Shown here piece by piece: positions 23,616 through 33,911 of a stretch of DNA of 64,000 nucleotides; within the stretch, counting starts at the first letter, position 1; every line of letters begins with the position of its first letter. The notes beneath the pieces were generated by a model that saw only the letters and a list, made by a program, of their open reading frames with translations, searched no databases and had not been told where the DNA came from. The position numbers and the translations under genes were made by a program. Source of the DNA: Endomicrobium sp. (GTDB lineage: Bacteria > Elusimicrobiota > Endomicrobiia > Endomicrobiales > Endomicrobiaceae); assembly GCA_031263865.1 (NCBI GenBank), contig JAISEY010000003.1, positions 61,345-125,344 on the forward strand, given 5' to 3'.

Positions 23616-25075
23616 TTTTTTAGTTTTTTAATTAAAATTTCATTAACAATTTTAGGATTTGCCTGTCCTTTTGATTTTTTCATAACACAACCAATTATTG
23701 CAGTTAATGCATTTTTTTTGCCAGATATAAAATCTTTCACTATGTTTTTATTTTCTATAATAGTATTTTCACATAATTTTTCTAATGTGGATTCATCTGA
23801 TATATATTCAATATTTTTTTCTTTTATTATTGTTTCTGGACTTTTATTACTGATATACATTTCTTCGAAAATAATTTTTGCTATTTTCCCAGAAATTGTA
23901 GAATTTGAAATTAGTAAAATTAATTTTGCAAAATTTTCACTTGTAATTGGAGATTTTAATATTGATATGTTTGATAAATTTAATTTTGACATCAATTCAG
24001 TAGAAATCCAATTTGCTGTAAGTTTTGATATATTTACAGATTTATTTGTATTATAAATAAAATTTAAAACTTCTTCATAATAATCTGCAATAGTTTTTTT
24101 TGATGTTAAATAATTTGCATCATATTCTGACAATTTATATTCACTCATAAATCTTTTTTTTCTTAACATTGGTAACTCTGGGATTTGTTTTGATATTTTT
24201 TTTATAAATTTATTTTTTAAATTAAATGGAACTAAATCTGGTTCTACAAAATATCTATAATCTAATGTATTTTCTTTTGAGCGCATTGATTTTGTTTCAC
24301 AGTTTTTTGATTTTAATCCCCTTGTTTCTTGTATAACTTTTTTGTTTGCATTAAGAATTACTTCTTGTCTTTTTATTTCATTAATAATTGAATATTTTAT
24401 GTTAGACATAGAATTGATATTTTTAATTTCAACTTTTTGCCCAAGATTTTTATCTCCAATTTTTTTTATACTTATATTTACATCACATCTCATTTTGCCT
24501 TCTTCCATATTACATTCAGAAGTTTCTAAATATTCAACTATATTTTTTAATTTTGATAAAAATATTAATACTTCTTCTGAAGAATTAAAATCAGGTTCAG
24601 TAACAAATTCCATTAATCCTATGCCTGCTCTGTTTAGATCCAATAATGAATAATGCAATTTTGTAGAGCCTATTTCATGTATTAATTTACCTGCATCTTC
24701 TTCAAGATGTATTCTTTTTATATGTATATTTTTTTCTTTATTATTAATATTTATTTTTATAATACCATCAGAACATAAAGGCGGATTAAATTGTGTTATT
24801 TGATAATTTTTTGGAGAGTCTGGATAAAAATATTGTTTTCTTGAAAAGAAACTTTGTTTATTTATTTTGCATTTTAAGGCAAGACCTGTTTTAACTATTG
24901 CTTCAACTGCTTTTCTGTTTAACATAGGGATTGTTCCAGGTTGTGATGTGCAAATAACACAAATATTTTTGTTTGGGATATTTCCAAATTGTGTTGAACA
25001 ATTACAAAAAAGTTTTGATTTTGTATTAATCTGTATATGTATTTCTAATCCTATTTTTGTTTCATAATGAATCAT
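23603..25075 (-). CDS. gatB: Asp/Glu-tRNA amidotransferase subunit B
   Basis: [30 protein letters not shown]. Confidence 0.97.
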   Translation of the reverse strand: MIHYETKIGLEIHIQINTKSKLFCNCSTQFGNIPNKNICVICTSQPGTIPMLNRKAVEAIVKTGLALKCKINKQSFFSRKQYFYPDSPKNYQITQFNPPLCSDGIIKININNKEKNIHIKRIHLEEDAGKLIHEIGSTKLHYSLLDLNRAGIGLMEFVTEPDFNSSEEVLIFLSKLKNIVEYLETSECNMEEGKMRCDVNISIKKIGDKNLGQKVEIKNINSMSNIKYSIINEIKRQEVILNANKKVIQETRGLKSKNCETKSMRSKENTLDYRYFVEPDLVPFNLKNKFIKKISKQIPELPMLRKKRFMSEYKLSEYDANYLTSKKTIADYYEEVLNFIYNTNKSVNISKLTANWISTELMSKLNLSNISILKSPITSENFAKLILLISNSTISGKIAKIIFEEMYISNKSPETIIKEKNIEYISDESTLEKLCENTIIENKNIVKDFISGKKNALTAIIGCVMKKSKGQANPKIVNEILIKKLKNYIT

Positions 25076-25096
25076 TATATTTCCTTATATAAAAAA

Positions 25097-26542
25097 TCAA
25101 AGTTTTGGATATTCTTTTTTAAAATTTGTTATTTTTTCGAATTCATATGCTATCTTAAAAAGATTTGCATCTGAAAATCTTTTACCCATAAAATGCATGC
25201 CAATTGGTATTTTTGAAAATGGAGAACTTGAATATGGTACACTAATTCCAGGCAATCCTGCAATGTTCGCAGCTATGAGGAACATATCACATTCATCAGA
25301 TAAACTTTTTCCAAATTTTACAGGCATTTGCAATGTTGAAGGAGAAAAAATAAAATCACACTTTTTATATGCATTATTTATTTGTTTTATAAGAATTGTT
25401 CTTGCTTTTTGTGCTGTATTATAATATTTGTTGTGGTTTTTAGATTCTAAAACATATGTTCCAAATAGTATTCTTTTTTTTACTTCATATCCAAATGATT
25501 CCGCACGTGTTTTTGAATATTCATCATATAAATTATTTACATTTATTGCTTTATGTCCGTAACGTATTCCATCGAACGTTGCAATGTTTGCAGAAACTTC
25601 AGCACACATTATAGTCTTATAAATTGCAGGAATATATTTATAAAATGGGATATTAACATCGCATATTTGGATATTTCTTAATTTAAGTTTATCAATTGCA
25701 TTGTTAAAAGATTTTAATATTTCTGTATCAATTTTATAATCATAAAGTTGTTTTGGTATACCAATTTTAATTTTTTTAAATGTTTTATTTTTTGTCAAAT
25801 TATAAGTGTAATCTGTGTTATTTATTGATTCACAAATTTGATCTTTTCTATCAACTCCTGATATAACATTCATTAATATAGCTGAATCAAATACAGTTTT
25901 TGAGAATATTCCTATTTGATCAAAAGAAGAAGCTAATGCACATACACCATATCTGCTAATTAATCCATATGATGGTTTATATCCAACAACTCCACAAAAA
26001 CTTGCTGGTTGTCTAACAGAACCACCTGTATCAGATCCCAAAGCTACTGGTACCATTCCAGAACTTACGACTGCTGCACTACCTCCAGATGACCCACCTG
26101 ATATATATTCAAGATTCCATGGATTTCTTGTTATACCATATATTGATGTTTCTGTTGATCCACCCATTGCAAATTCGTCCATGTTTGTTTGACCTACAAA
26201 AATTGCTCCTGCATTTTTTAATTTTTTTATAACAGTTGCATCATATGGAGAAACATAATCTTTAAAATATTTTGAAGCAGATGTTACTAATTCGTTTTTA
26301 ATCATAATATTATCTTTTATTCCAATTGGAATACCGATAAGTATTTTATTATGTAATTTATGTTTTTCTGCAATTTTATCAAATTTATTTGCTTTTTCTA
26401 ATGATTTTTTTTCATTTAATCTAATAAATGCATTAATTTTTGGATTAATTTTTTTTATATTTTTAAAACATTTTTCTATTGTATAAACGTTATTTGTATT
26501 ATAAGATTTGATTTTTTCAATTAAAGAATTTAATAAATTCAT
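25097..26542 (-). CDS. gatA: Asp/Glu-tRNA amidotransferase subunit A
   Basis: IKDNI, NMDEFAMG, GGSSGGS, GSDTGGSVRQPA. Confidence 0.97.
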   Translation of the reverse strand: MNLLNSLIEKIKSYNTNNVYTIEKCFKNIKKINPKINAFIRLNEKKSLEKANKFDKIAEKHKLHNKILIGIPIGIKDNIMIKNELVTSASKYFKDYVSPYDATVIKKLKNAGAIFVGQTNMDEFAMGGSTETSIYGITRNPWNLEYISGGSSGGSAAVVSSGMVPVALGSDTGGSVRQPASFCGVVGYKPSYGLISRYGVCALASSFDQIGIFSKTVFDSAILMNVISGVDRKDQICESINNTDYTYNLTKNKTFKKIKIGIPKQLYDYKIDTEILKSFNNAIDKLKLRNIQICDVNIPFYKYIPAIYKTIMCAEVSANIATFDGIRYGHKAINVNNLYDEYSKTRAESFGYEVKKRILFGTYVLESKNHNKYYNTAQKARTILIKQINNAYKKCDFIFSPSTLQMPVKFGKSLSDECDMFLIAANIAGLPGISVPYSSSPFSKIPIGMHFMGKRFSDANLFKIAYEFEKITNFKKEYPKL

Positions 26543-26543
26543 T

Positions 26544-27539
26544 TTAAAACCACTTTTTTTTTTTAAAATATATATGTACTGCAATAATACTTATAAACAT
26601 TAAACTTATTGCAACGCCCCATGACCCAATTGGTCCAAGCATAGAATGTTCTGGGAAAGTTATATTCATACCGTAATATCCTGATATTATTAATATTGGC
26701 ATTAAAATAGTGGCTAATATACTTAAAAATTTTGTAATTTCTGTAAGCTTAACTGTAATACTTGACATATATACTTCTATTAAATTTACAGCCATTTGAC
26801 TTCTCATTATTATTCCTTGATTCATTCTTGCACATTGTGTATAAATATCCCTGAAGTATACTAAATATTCATTTGAAATTAAATTATTATTATTCCCACG
26901 AGTAAAATAACCATATGTTGTTTGTTGTGATTCTGCTATTTTTTTCATTGTAAAAATAACTTTCTTTGTATATAAAATTTCTTCCATTATTGTTGGGTCA
27001 GGGTTTTTTAAAATAATATCTTCTAAATGTTCTATTTTATCATCAATTTTTTCTAATGTAAATTCATAACTAGAAACAGTTTTATTTAATATATTATAGA
27101 GAATCGTTTCAAGATTTTTCATTTCTATTTGAGGTCTTGTTTTTGCTCTTTCAAATAGTGTTTCTAAAAAAAACAATTCTTCTGTATGTAGAGTTATTAT
27201 AAATTTATTCCCTATGAAAAGATTTAATTCATATATACTATCTTCAAATTCTTGGAAGTAATTTGGCTTTAATTGTATACCATGTACTGCACAAAAAACA
27301 TAATTTTCAAATTCTTCAATTTTAGGGTAATATTGTGAAAATAAACAATCTTCTATTGACATTTCATGGAAACTGAATGTTTTTGATAATAATATAGTTT
27401 CATCATGTGTTAGTTCATGGTTTTCTAAAAATAAATCTATCCATATAATACCATGTATTTTTTTAATTTTATTTGATATTTCAAAAATATTGCAACTGCT
27501 AACAGTTGTCCCATTAAAAAAATTAACAGCTTTTATCAT
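26544..27539 (-). CDS. corA: CorA-family Mg2+ transporter
   Basis: YGMN signature between two C-terminal TM helices; ends KKKWF. Confidence 0.92.
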   Translation of the reverse strand: MIKAVNFFNGTTVSSCNIFEISNKIKKIHGIIWIDLFLENHELTHDETILLSKTFSFHEMSIEDCLFSQYYPKIEEFENYVFCAVHGIQLKPNYFQEFEDSIYELNLFIGNKFIITLHTEELFFLETLFERAKTRPQIEMKNLETILYNILNKTVSSYEFTLEKIDDKIEHLEDIILKNPDPTIMEEILYTKKVIFTMKKIAESQQTTYGYFTRGNNNNLISNEYLVYFRDIYTQCARMNQGIIMRSQMAVNLIEVYMSSITVKLTEITKFLSILATILMPILIISGYYGMNITFPEHSMLGPIGSWGVAISLMFISIIAVHIYFKKKKWF

Positions 27540-27844
27540 TCTTTATCTATTACCTTATTAATTTTATAAAAAGTTTTATACTTTGATTTAGCATTATTTA
27601 GTATTTTATCTATTTGTTTTTGTGAAGATTTAATAACAACATCATTTCTCCATATATTCCTAACATTAGTAATATGTGTTGTTGGTTTTACATTAACAAA
27701 CTTTTGTTCATATAAAATTTTTACGCAACCAATCATTTCATTAATATCATTTAGATATTTCGTTTTTTCATTATTTTCAATATGTATTCTTGCTAAATTA
27801 GAAACTATTTTTAATTCTTTTTTTGTCATTGTTTCATATCTCAA
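27536..27844 (-). CDS. gatC: Asp/Glu-tRNA amidotransferase subunit C
   Basis: LARI..., V.PT.H....N.WR.D, IL.NA, KVI; synteny with gatAB. Confidence 0.85.
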   Translation of the reverse strand: MRYETMTKKELKIVSNLARIHIENNEKTKYLNDINEMIGCVKILYEQKFVNVKPTTHITNVRNIWRNDVVIKSSQKQIDKILNNAKSKYKTFYKINKVIDKE

Positions 27845-27862
27845 TGTTAAACTATATATTAT

Positions 27863-28387
27863 TTAATAATATTTTGTTTGTTTTATAAAAATTTTTCTTG
27901 CACATAAAAAAAAATTTGATGCTACTTTTGATAAATAATCTGGATACGTCCACGGAAGTTTTATGTATCCTTTGTTATAAATAAGAGAAACTTCTCCATA
28001 TATACCATTGTTTATATGAATTCTATGACTATAATCTTTTGTTGTGGCTAAAACAATATTTGCTGCTGTAATATAACCAGGATCTATGTTAATTTGTCTC
28101 TTGTTTTTTTTTGATGAATTATTTTCAATCAAATTAGTACTTTTTTTTATATTTGTTATAAAATTTGTTAATATTAAATTACTAAATGATATCCATGTGC
28201 GTTTTAAATTACTACCAAACTCTTTGTTGTAATAATTAGAAAAGTTAAAATTTATAATTTCACTTTTTATGTCAATATTCCCAAATTCATTTTTAAGAAT
28301 ATCAATATGCTTTTCATATATTCCCATGTCTGAAAATATTATACCGCAAAACAATTTAGCTTTTTTTGTTGATTTTATAATACCCAT
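27863..28387 (-). CDS. DUF4416-like conserved protein
   Basis: YY.KEFG..L.R, R.INIDPGY....VLATTKDYSHRI....GIY.E, PWTYPDY. Confidence 0.8.
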   Translation of the reverse strand: MGIIKSTKKAKLFCGIIFSDMGIYEKHIDILKNEFGNIDIKSEIINFNFSNYYNKEFGSNLKRTWISFSNLILTNFITNIKKSTNLIENNSSKKNKRQINIDPGYITAANIVLATTKDYSHRIHINNGIYGEVSLIYNKGYIKLPWTYPDYLSKVASNFFLCARKIFIKQTKYY

Positions 28388-28459
28388 TAATAAATTACCT
28401 AAAAAATTATAAAACGTACATTATTTATACTAAATATTTTATTAATTTACTAAAAAATA

Positions 28460-28850
28460 TTAAATTTGTAAAACAAGTGATTATATATTCACTAATTATT
28501 ATTTTTGTTTTTCCCATCAAATATGTTTTTTTATGATAAAACTCGTTATGATATAAGTTTTGAATAAAAAACTCAATATATGTTGTCAGCATTATATGTT
28601 AATTTTTTTGATGTAGTTTCTTATTATTATTGTGCTGGGAAAAATATTAAAAGAAGAATTAAAAAATATGAAAATTTATTAATTTCGAAAAATAAATCAT
28701 ATTTTAATATGTGGAATGAATTAAAATATAAAAATATTATTGGTTTTGAATATAACTATTGTTAATAAAAAAATATAAGAATAATGTTTGGAAAAAACGA
28801 TGGATCGTATGTATGGCTTGGTAAAACTAAATCAATTTTGATTTTTAATG
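28460..28850 (+). pseudogene. Probable pseudogene paralogous to orphan ORF 34872-35207
   Basis: One frame reads LLFLFFPSNMFFYDK...FE*KTQY-MLSA...KRRIK...KS....WNELKYKNI...YC**; internal stops. Confidence 0.55.
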
Positions 28851-28900
28851 ATTATATTATATTTTTAAAAAAATATATTGAAATTTATATTAAAAATATT

Positions 28901-29392
28901 TTATATAGATTTTGTTTGTTTATATTTAGTTATTATTGATTTTATTATTTTTGTTGTTGATATGTTTTTTATCATATTAAATTTATATATTTTTCTTGCA
29001 TATTCTCTTCCAATAATATCTGAAGTTTTGTATTCATTTCCTTTTATTAAAATGTTTGGATTAATTTTTTTTAAAATTTTTTTTGGTGTATATTCATTGA
29101 AAACTGTAACGTAATCTATATATATTAAAGAAGCAAGAATTCTTGCTCTGTAAACATCTTTAATAATAGGTCTGCAATTACCCTTTATATGCTTTAAAGA
29201 TTTATCAGAATTTATTGCTACAATCAAAATATCGCCAAGTTTTTTTGCTTTTTTAAAAAGACAAATATGTCCGATATGGAGTAAATCAAAACATCCATTT
29301 GTAAATACAATTTTTTTATTTTTTGTTTTTAATTCTTTTATTTTTATATATAATTTTTTTGTATTTAAAATTTTATTATTACAATTACACAT
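28901..29392 (-). CDS. rfaE2: ADP-heptose synthase adenylyltransferase domain (RfaE domain II)
   Basis: VFTNGCFDLLH.GH, NSD.S...KG..RP, STT. Confidence 0.88.
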   Translation of the reverse strand: MCNCNNKILNTKKLYIKIKELKTKNKKIVFTNGCFDLLHIGHICLFKKAKKLGDILIVAINSDKSLKHIKGNCRPIIKDVYRARILASLIYIDYVTVFNEYTPKKILKKINPNILIKGNEYKTSDIIGREYARKIYKFNMIKNISTTKIIKSIITKYKQTKSI

Positions 29393-29426
29393 TTTATAAA
29401 CCAAAATTAGTTATTTAATTGTATTA

Positions 29427-30014
29427 TTAATTTATATAATTAATTTCATTTATTCTGTTTTTAGATATTTTTGCTTCTTTTGTTTCTGGATATTTAACTA
29501 TTATTTCATTAAATGTTTTTATTGCTTTGTTTTTCATTTTAATTTTGACATAAGATTCTGCTAAATTTAAATATATGTTTTTTGTAAGAAAATGATTATT
29601 GTTTTCTTCTATAAATTTTTTCGAATATAATATAGTTTTATCATAATTTTTTAACATATCATATATGTATATTATTCTTATTTTTGCAATTGATTTTATA
29701 TTTTTTAACTTGCAATTAGATAATAAATTGTTTAAAGTATTTATTGCTTCTTTATATTTGTTTTCTTTAACAAGAATATCAGATTTTATGAGTTTTGCTT
29801 GATATGATGATAATGTTTTTGGGAATCTTAATATTATCCCATTTAAAGTAGAAATTCCGATATTTAAATTTCCATTTAAAATTTCATTGTTTGCAATTGA
29901 TAATTCTTTTGACGCAATATTTTCATATTTATTTTTTTTAAGTTTAAAGACAACAATTGTTAAAATTGTAACAATTGCTATTAAAAAACATGATCTATAA
30001 AATATTTTTTTCAT
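29427..30014 (-). CDS. Membrane-anchored TPR protein (YfgM-like)
   Basis: N-terminal TM helix, helical repeats, KYPET..A. Confidence 0.7.
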   Translation of the reverse strand: MKKIFYRSCFLIAIVTILTIVVFKLKKNKYENIASKELSIANNEILNGNLNIGISTLNGIILRFPKTLSSYQAKLIKSDILVKENKYKEAINTLNNLLSNCKLKNIKSIAKIRIIYIYDMLKNYDKTILYSKKFIEENNNHFLTKNIYLNLAESYVKIKMKNKAIKTFNEIIVKYPETKEAKISKNRINEINYIN

Positions 30015-30065
30015 TTTAATGTATAAATATGTCTATTTATTTTAATTTGTTATATTAAAAAAGTT

Positions 30066-30401
30066 TTATTGATGAAGTTCTGAAATTTTAGCTGCTCTCC
30101 CAGAAAGTTTCCTTAAATAATATAATTTAGCTCTTCTAACCTTGCCATGTTTTATTATTTCAATCTTTTCTATTTTAGGAGAATATATTGGAAAAATTCT
30201 TTCTACACCAATTCCAAAAGATATTTTTCTAACTGTAAAACTTTTTGAAATACCAATACCCCTGATCCTTATAACTATTCCATTAAAAATTTGTATTCTT
30301 TCATTTGTTCCTTCAATTATTTTGAAGTATACTTTTATTTGATCACCTATTTTAAAATGTATATCAATTTTTTTATTTTTTTTTAAATATTCTAATTGCA
30401 T
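30066..30401 (-). CDS. rplS: 50S ribosomal protein L19
   Basis: [32 protein letters not shown]. Confidence 0.98.
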   Translation of the reverse strand: MQLEYLKKNKKIDIHFKIGDQIKVYFKIIEGTNERIQIFNGIVIRIRGIGISKSFTVRKISFGIGVERIFPIYSPKIEKIEIIKHGKVRRAKLYYLRKLSGRAAKISELHQ

Positions 30402-30463
30402 TCATTCCTACTCCTTTTTTGTTATGTTAAATATTATATAATATATCTTAAAAAATAGACTTA

Positions 30464-31156
30464 TTATTTAGAATCTATTTTATGTTTAATAGTTTTATTA
30501 TATGATTTTTTTATACGCCAGTCATTAATATTCTTATGATTTCCAGATAATAGTATATCTGGAACTTTATGATTTTTAAATACAACAGGTCTTGTATAGC
30601 TAGGATAATCACATAATCCATTAAAAAATGAGTCATTTTTTATAGAATCTGATTTTATAACACCTGGCAATATTCTTGTTATAGAATCTATTAATACCAT
30701 TGCTGGAATTTCACCACCTGTAAGCACATAATTGCCTATAGAAATTTCTTCATCTACATAGTTTTTTATTCTTTCATCTATTCCTTCATAATGTCCGCAT
30801 ACAATTACTAGATGTTTATATTTTGAAAAATCTAATATTAGTTTATGTTTTAAAATTTTACCTTGAGGAGTCATATAAATTACAAGAGGTTTTGTATAAA
30901 AATTTTTATATTTTTTATTTTTTTTTTTTACACCGGTGCTTTTTATTGCGTAATATACTGGTTCTATTTTTATAACCATTCCGCAACCACCACCAAATGG
31001 TCTATCATCAATCTTTTTATGTTTATCATTTGAAAACGATCTTATGTTTATAAAATTAATATTAATAATTTTATTTTTTATTGCTCGTCCAATTATACTT
31101 TCAGTAAATGATCCAACGAACATTTTTGGAAACGCAGTAATAATATCAATTTTCAT
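30464..31156 (-). CDS. trmD: tRNA (guanine37-N1)-methyltransferase
   Basis: DDRPFGGG.GM, CGHYEGIDER, SIG.YVLTGGE. Confidence 0.97.
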   Translation of the reverse strand: MKIDIITAFPKMFVGSFTESIIGRAIKNKIININFINIRSFSNDKHKKIDDRPFGGGCGMVIKIEPVYYAIKSTGVKKKNKKYKNFYTKPLVIYMTPQGKILKHKLILDFSKYKHLVIVCGHYEGIDERIKNYVDEEISIGNYVLTGGEIPAMVLIDSITRILPGVIKSDSIKNDSFFNGLCDYPSYTRPVVFKNHKVPDILLSGNHKNINDWRIKKSYNKTIKHKIDSK

Positions 31157-31234
31157 ATATAAAACCAAACATCTTTCTCTCTTAGGTTAAAAATATTTAA
31201 AAACATTTAATATAAAAATATATTGTTTCAATTT

Positions 31235-31465
31235 TTATTCTACTACTTCTACTGTAGCTCTTTTATCTAATTTTGCAGATGCTGAATTTATAATTATTCT
31301 TATAGCTTTAATAATTCTTCCTTCTTTGCCAATAATTTTACCTCTATCTTCTGATGCAACTTTTAATTCTAATACAGTTGTTTTTTCTCCAGTTACCTCA
31401 TTTACGTTTACACAATCAGGATTATCAACTAAAGCTTTTGCAATTAATAAAATTAAATCTTTCAT
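31235..31465 (-). CDS. khpA: KH-domain RNA-binding protein KhpA
   Basis: IAKALVD.PD.V, D.GKIIGKEGR..KAIR; follows rpsP. Confidence 0.93.
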   Translation of the reverse strand: MKDLILLIAKALVDNPDCVNVNEVTGEKTTVLELKVASEDRGKIIGKEGRIIKAIRIIINSASAKLDKRATVEVVE

Positions 31466-31502
31466 AAAATCCCCCAAAGTTATTAACACCAACAGATATA
31501 TT

Positions 31503-31745
31503 TTAATTTTTTGTTTTTGATATTAAATTACTTAGTGTTTTTGATGTTTTTGCTCCAACACTAATCCAATAATTTAATCTATTAAAATTTATATTAAATT
31601 TAATAGAATTGTTTGTTAGTGGATAATAATTGCCTAAAATTTCAATTGTTTTACCATCTCTCTTTGTTCTTTGATCCATTACAACAATCCTATAACAAGG
31701 TTTTTTCCGTTTCCCAATTCTTTGTAATCTCACTTTTACTGCCAT
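31503..31745 (-). CDS. rpsP: 30S ribosomal protein S16
   Basis: VKVRLQR.G....P.YRIVV.D.R..RDG. Confidence 0.98.
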   Translation of the reverse strand: MAVKVRLQRIGKRKKPCYRIVVMDQRTKRDGKTIEILGNYYPLTNNSIKFNINFNRLNYWISVGAKTSKTLSNLISKTKN

Positions 31746-31812
31746 TTTACCTCCTAAACTTATTACAGAAGTTACTTTAATGACTAATTTAGTAAGAATA
31801 AATCAGTTAAAA

Positions 31813-31842
31813 ATTATATATAAAACATTAAAATATTGTCAA
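31813..31842 (-). promoter_or_regulatory. Promoter of the rpsP-khpA-trmD-rplS operon
   Basis: TTGACA-18 nt-TATAAT. Confidence 0.75.
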
Positions 31843-31865
31843 ATATAAAAATATTTTAATAATAT

Positions 31866-32870
31866 TTATTTTTTAAAAAGCTCTTCTATTGAAACTGATA
31901 TTGCAACTGTTGCTCCAACCATTGGGTTATTACCCATTCCAATAAATCCCATCATTTCGACATGAGCAGGTACTGATGATGATCCAGCGAATTGAACATC
32001 TCCATGCATTCGACCCATTGTATCTGTCATTCCATATGATGATGGGCCAGAAGCTATATTATCTGGGTGCAATGTTCTACCAGTTCCACCTCCAGATGCA
32101 ACAGAAAAAAAATTTTTTTTATTGCTATTTGCCCATTTTTTATATGTACATGCTACTGGATGTTGAAATCTAACAGGATTTGTTGAATTTCCTGTTATTG
32201 ATATATCAACTTTTTCTTTTATCATAATTGCTATACCTTCATTTACATTATCAGCACCATATACGCTAACTTTTGATCTATCGTCTGTTGAAAATGATTT
32301 TTTTGTTATTATATTTAATTTTGATGTTAAATTATTGTAATAAGTTTCTATATATGTAAAACCATTTATACGACTTATTATATATGCAGCATCTTTCCCT
32401 AATCCATTTAATATGATATTTAAATTGTTTTTTCTTATTTTGTTTACTGTTTTTATAATACCAATAGCTCCTTCAGCTGCTGCGAAACTTTCATGCCCAG
32501 CTAAAAAACAGAAACATTTTGTTTTTTCATCTATTAACATTGATGCTAAATTACCATGTCCAATACCTACAGATCGTTGATCTGCAACTGATCCTTGTAT
32601 ACAAAAAGATTGTAATCCTATTCCTATCATTTTTGCCGCATCTATTGCATTGTTTATGTTTTCTTTTATAGCTATTGCTGCACCTAAGGTATATGCCCAA
32701 ATTGCATCATCAAAAGCGATAGGTTGTATTGTTTTTATAATTTTTGCAATATTTATTCCTTTTTTTAAACATATTTCATTAGCTTCATTTAAATTCTTTA
32801 TTCTATATTTTTTCATGGTATTTTTTATTTGTTCTATTCTTATATCATAATTTTCAAATATATTTTCCAT
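31866..32870 (-). CDS. GGGtGRT protein (function unknown)
   Basis: SVASGGGTGRTLHPD, AGHESFAAAEGA, TGNSTNP.RFQH, GMGNNPMVG. Confidence 0.92.
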   Translation of the reverse strand: MENIFENYDIRIEQIKNTMKKYRIKNLNEANEICLKKGINIAKIIKTIQPIAFDDAIWAYTLGAAIAIKENINNAIDAAKMIGIGLQSFCIQGSVADQRSVGIGHGNLASMLIDEKTKCFCFLAGHESFAAAEGAIGIIKTVNKIRKNNLNIILNGLGKDAAYIISRINGFTYIETYYNNLTSKLNIITKKSFSTDDRSKVSVYGADNVNEGIAIMIKEKVDISITGNSTNPVRFQHPVACTYKKWANSNKKNFFSVASGGGTGRTLHPDNIASGPSSYGMTDTMGRMHGDVQFAGSSSVPAHVEMMGFIGMGNNPMVGATVAISVSIEELFKK

Positions 32871-32882
32871 AGTAATATTACC

Positions 32883-33596
32883 TCATTCCTTTCTTGGATC
32901 AAATTTTTTAACTGATTCATTAAATCTACCGTAGTAACCTATGTTTTTTTCAAATGATTCCTTATGTGGAATCCCATTTTTAATATCATTAATCATCTTA
33001 CCAATATTAATGAATTTGTAACCTATTGTTTCATTATTTTTATCAAGCCCCATTTCGATAATATAACCTTCTGATATTTCTAGGTATCTAACTCCGTTTT
33101 TAGCAGTACTATAAATAGTTCCTATTTTAGATCTTAATTCTTTCCCAAGATCATCCATACATGCTCCTATAGGTAGCCCCCCTTTTGAAAATGCTGTTTG
33201 TGTTCTACCATATACAATTTGAAGGAATAATTCTCTCATAGCAGTATTTATTGCATCGCAAACTAAGTCAGAATTTAATGCTTCCAAAATTGTTTTTGTA
33301 TTTAAAATTTCAGCAGCCATTGCTGCTGAATGTGTCATCCCACTACATCCTACTGTTTCTATTAATGTTTCTTCGATAATACCCATTTTTACATTTAACG
33401 TTAATTTACACGCTCCTTGTTGAGGAGCACACCAACCTATACCATGTGTTAGTCCGCTAATATCTGAAATTTGTTTTGCATTTATCCATTCTCCTTCTTC
33501 TGGTATAGGGGAAGGATCATTTTTTGTACCTCTTGTTACTTTTATAATATGTTTTTTTTGTAAATTAACATCACAACATGTTTTATTACATACCAT
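32883..33596 (-). CDS. IscU/NifU-N-like Cys protein, partner of the GGGtGRT protein
   Basis: HG.GWCAPQQGACKLTLNVK.G, ET.GCSGMTHSA, LVCDAIN. Confidence 0.85.
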   Translation of the reverse strand: MVCNKTCCDVNLQKKHIIKVTRGTKNDPSPIPEEGEWINAKQISDISGLTHGIGWCAPQQGACKLTLNVKMGIIEETLIETVGCSGMTHSAAMAAEILNTKTILEALNSDLVCDAINTAMRELFLQIVYGRTQTAFSKGGLPIGACMDDLGKELRSKIGTIYSTAKNGVRYLEISEGYIIEMGLDKNNETIGYKFINIGKMINDIKNGIPHKESFEKNIGYYGRFNESVKKFDPRKE

Positions 33597-33622
33597 TTTT
33601 ATTATCTCCTTAATTTAATAAA

Positions 33623-33715
33623 CGGAGGGAGAGAGATTTGAACTCTCGATACGGATTTGAATCCGTATACCGGTTTAGCAAACCAGCGCAATAGACCGAA
33701 CTATGCGATCCCTCC
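33623..33715 (-). tRNA. tRNA-Ser(GCT)
   Basis: GGAGGGA acceptor stem, CTGGT-TTGCTAA-ACCGG anticodon arm, long variable arm, GTTCAAATC. Confidence 0.95.
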
Positions 33716-33911
33716 AATTTAATTTTGTTTAAATTTTTTATCTATAAAATAATTTTAAATATTTGCCATTATGATAAAAATGTAATATATAATAAACTCT
33801 ATTACAATCATATTGTATAAAATGTTATCTATTTTTCCAACATTTGCAATTGTTTGTTTTGTATATGTTAGAATTAAGTTCGTTGATATTATACTTGGAC
33901 TTGTGGTTTTA

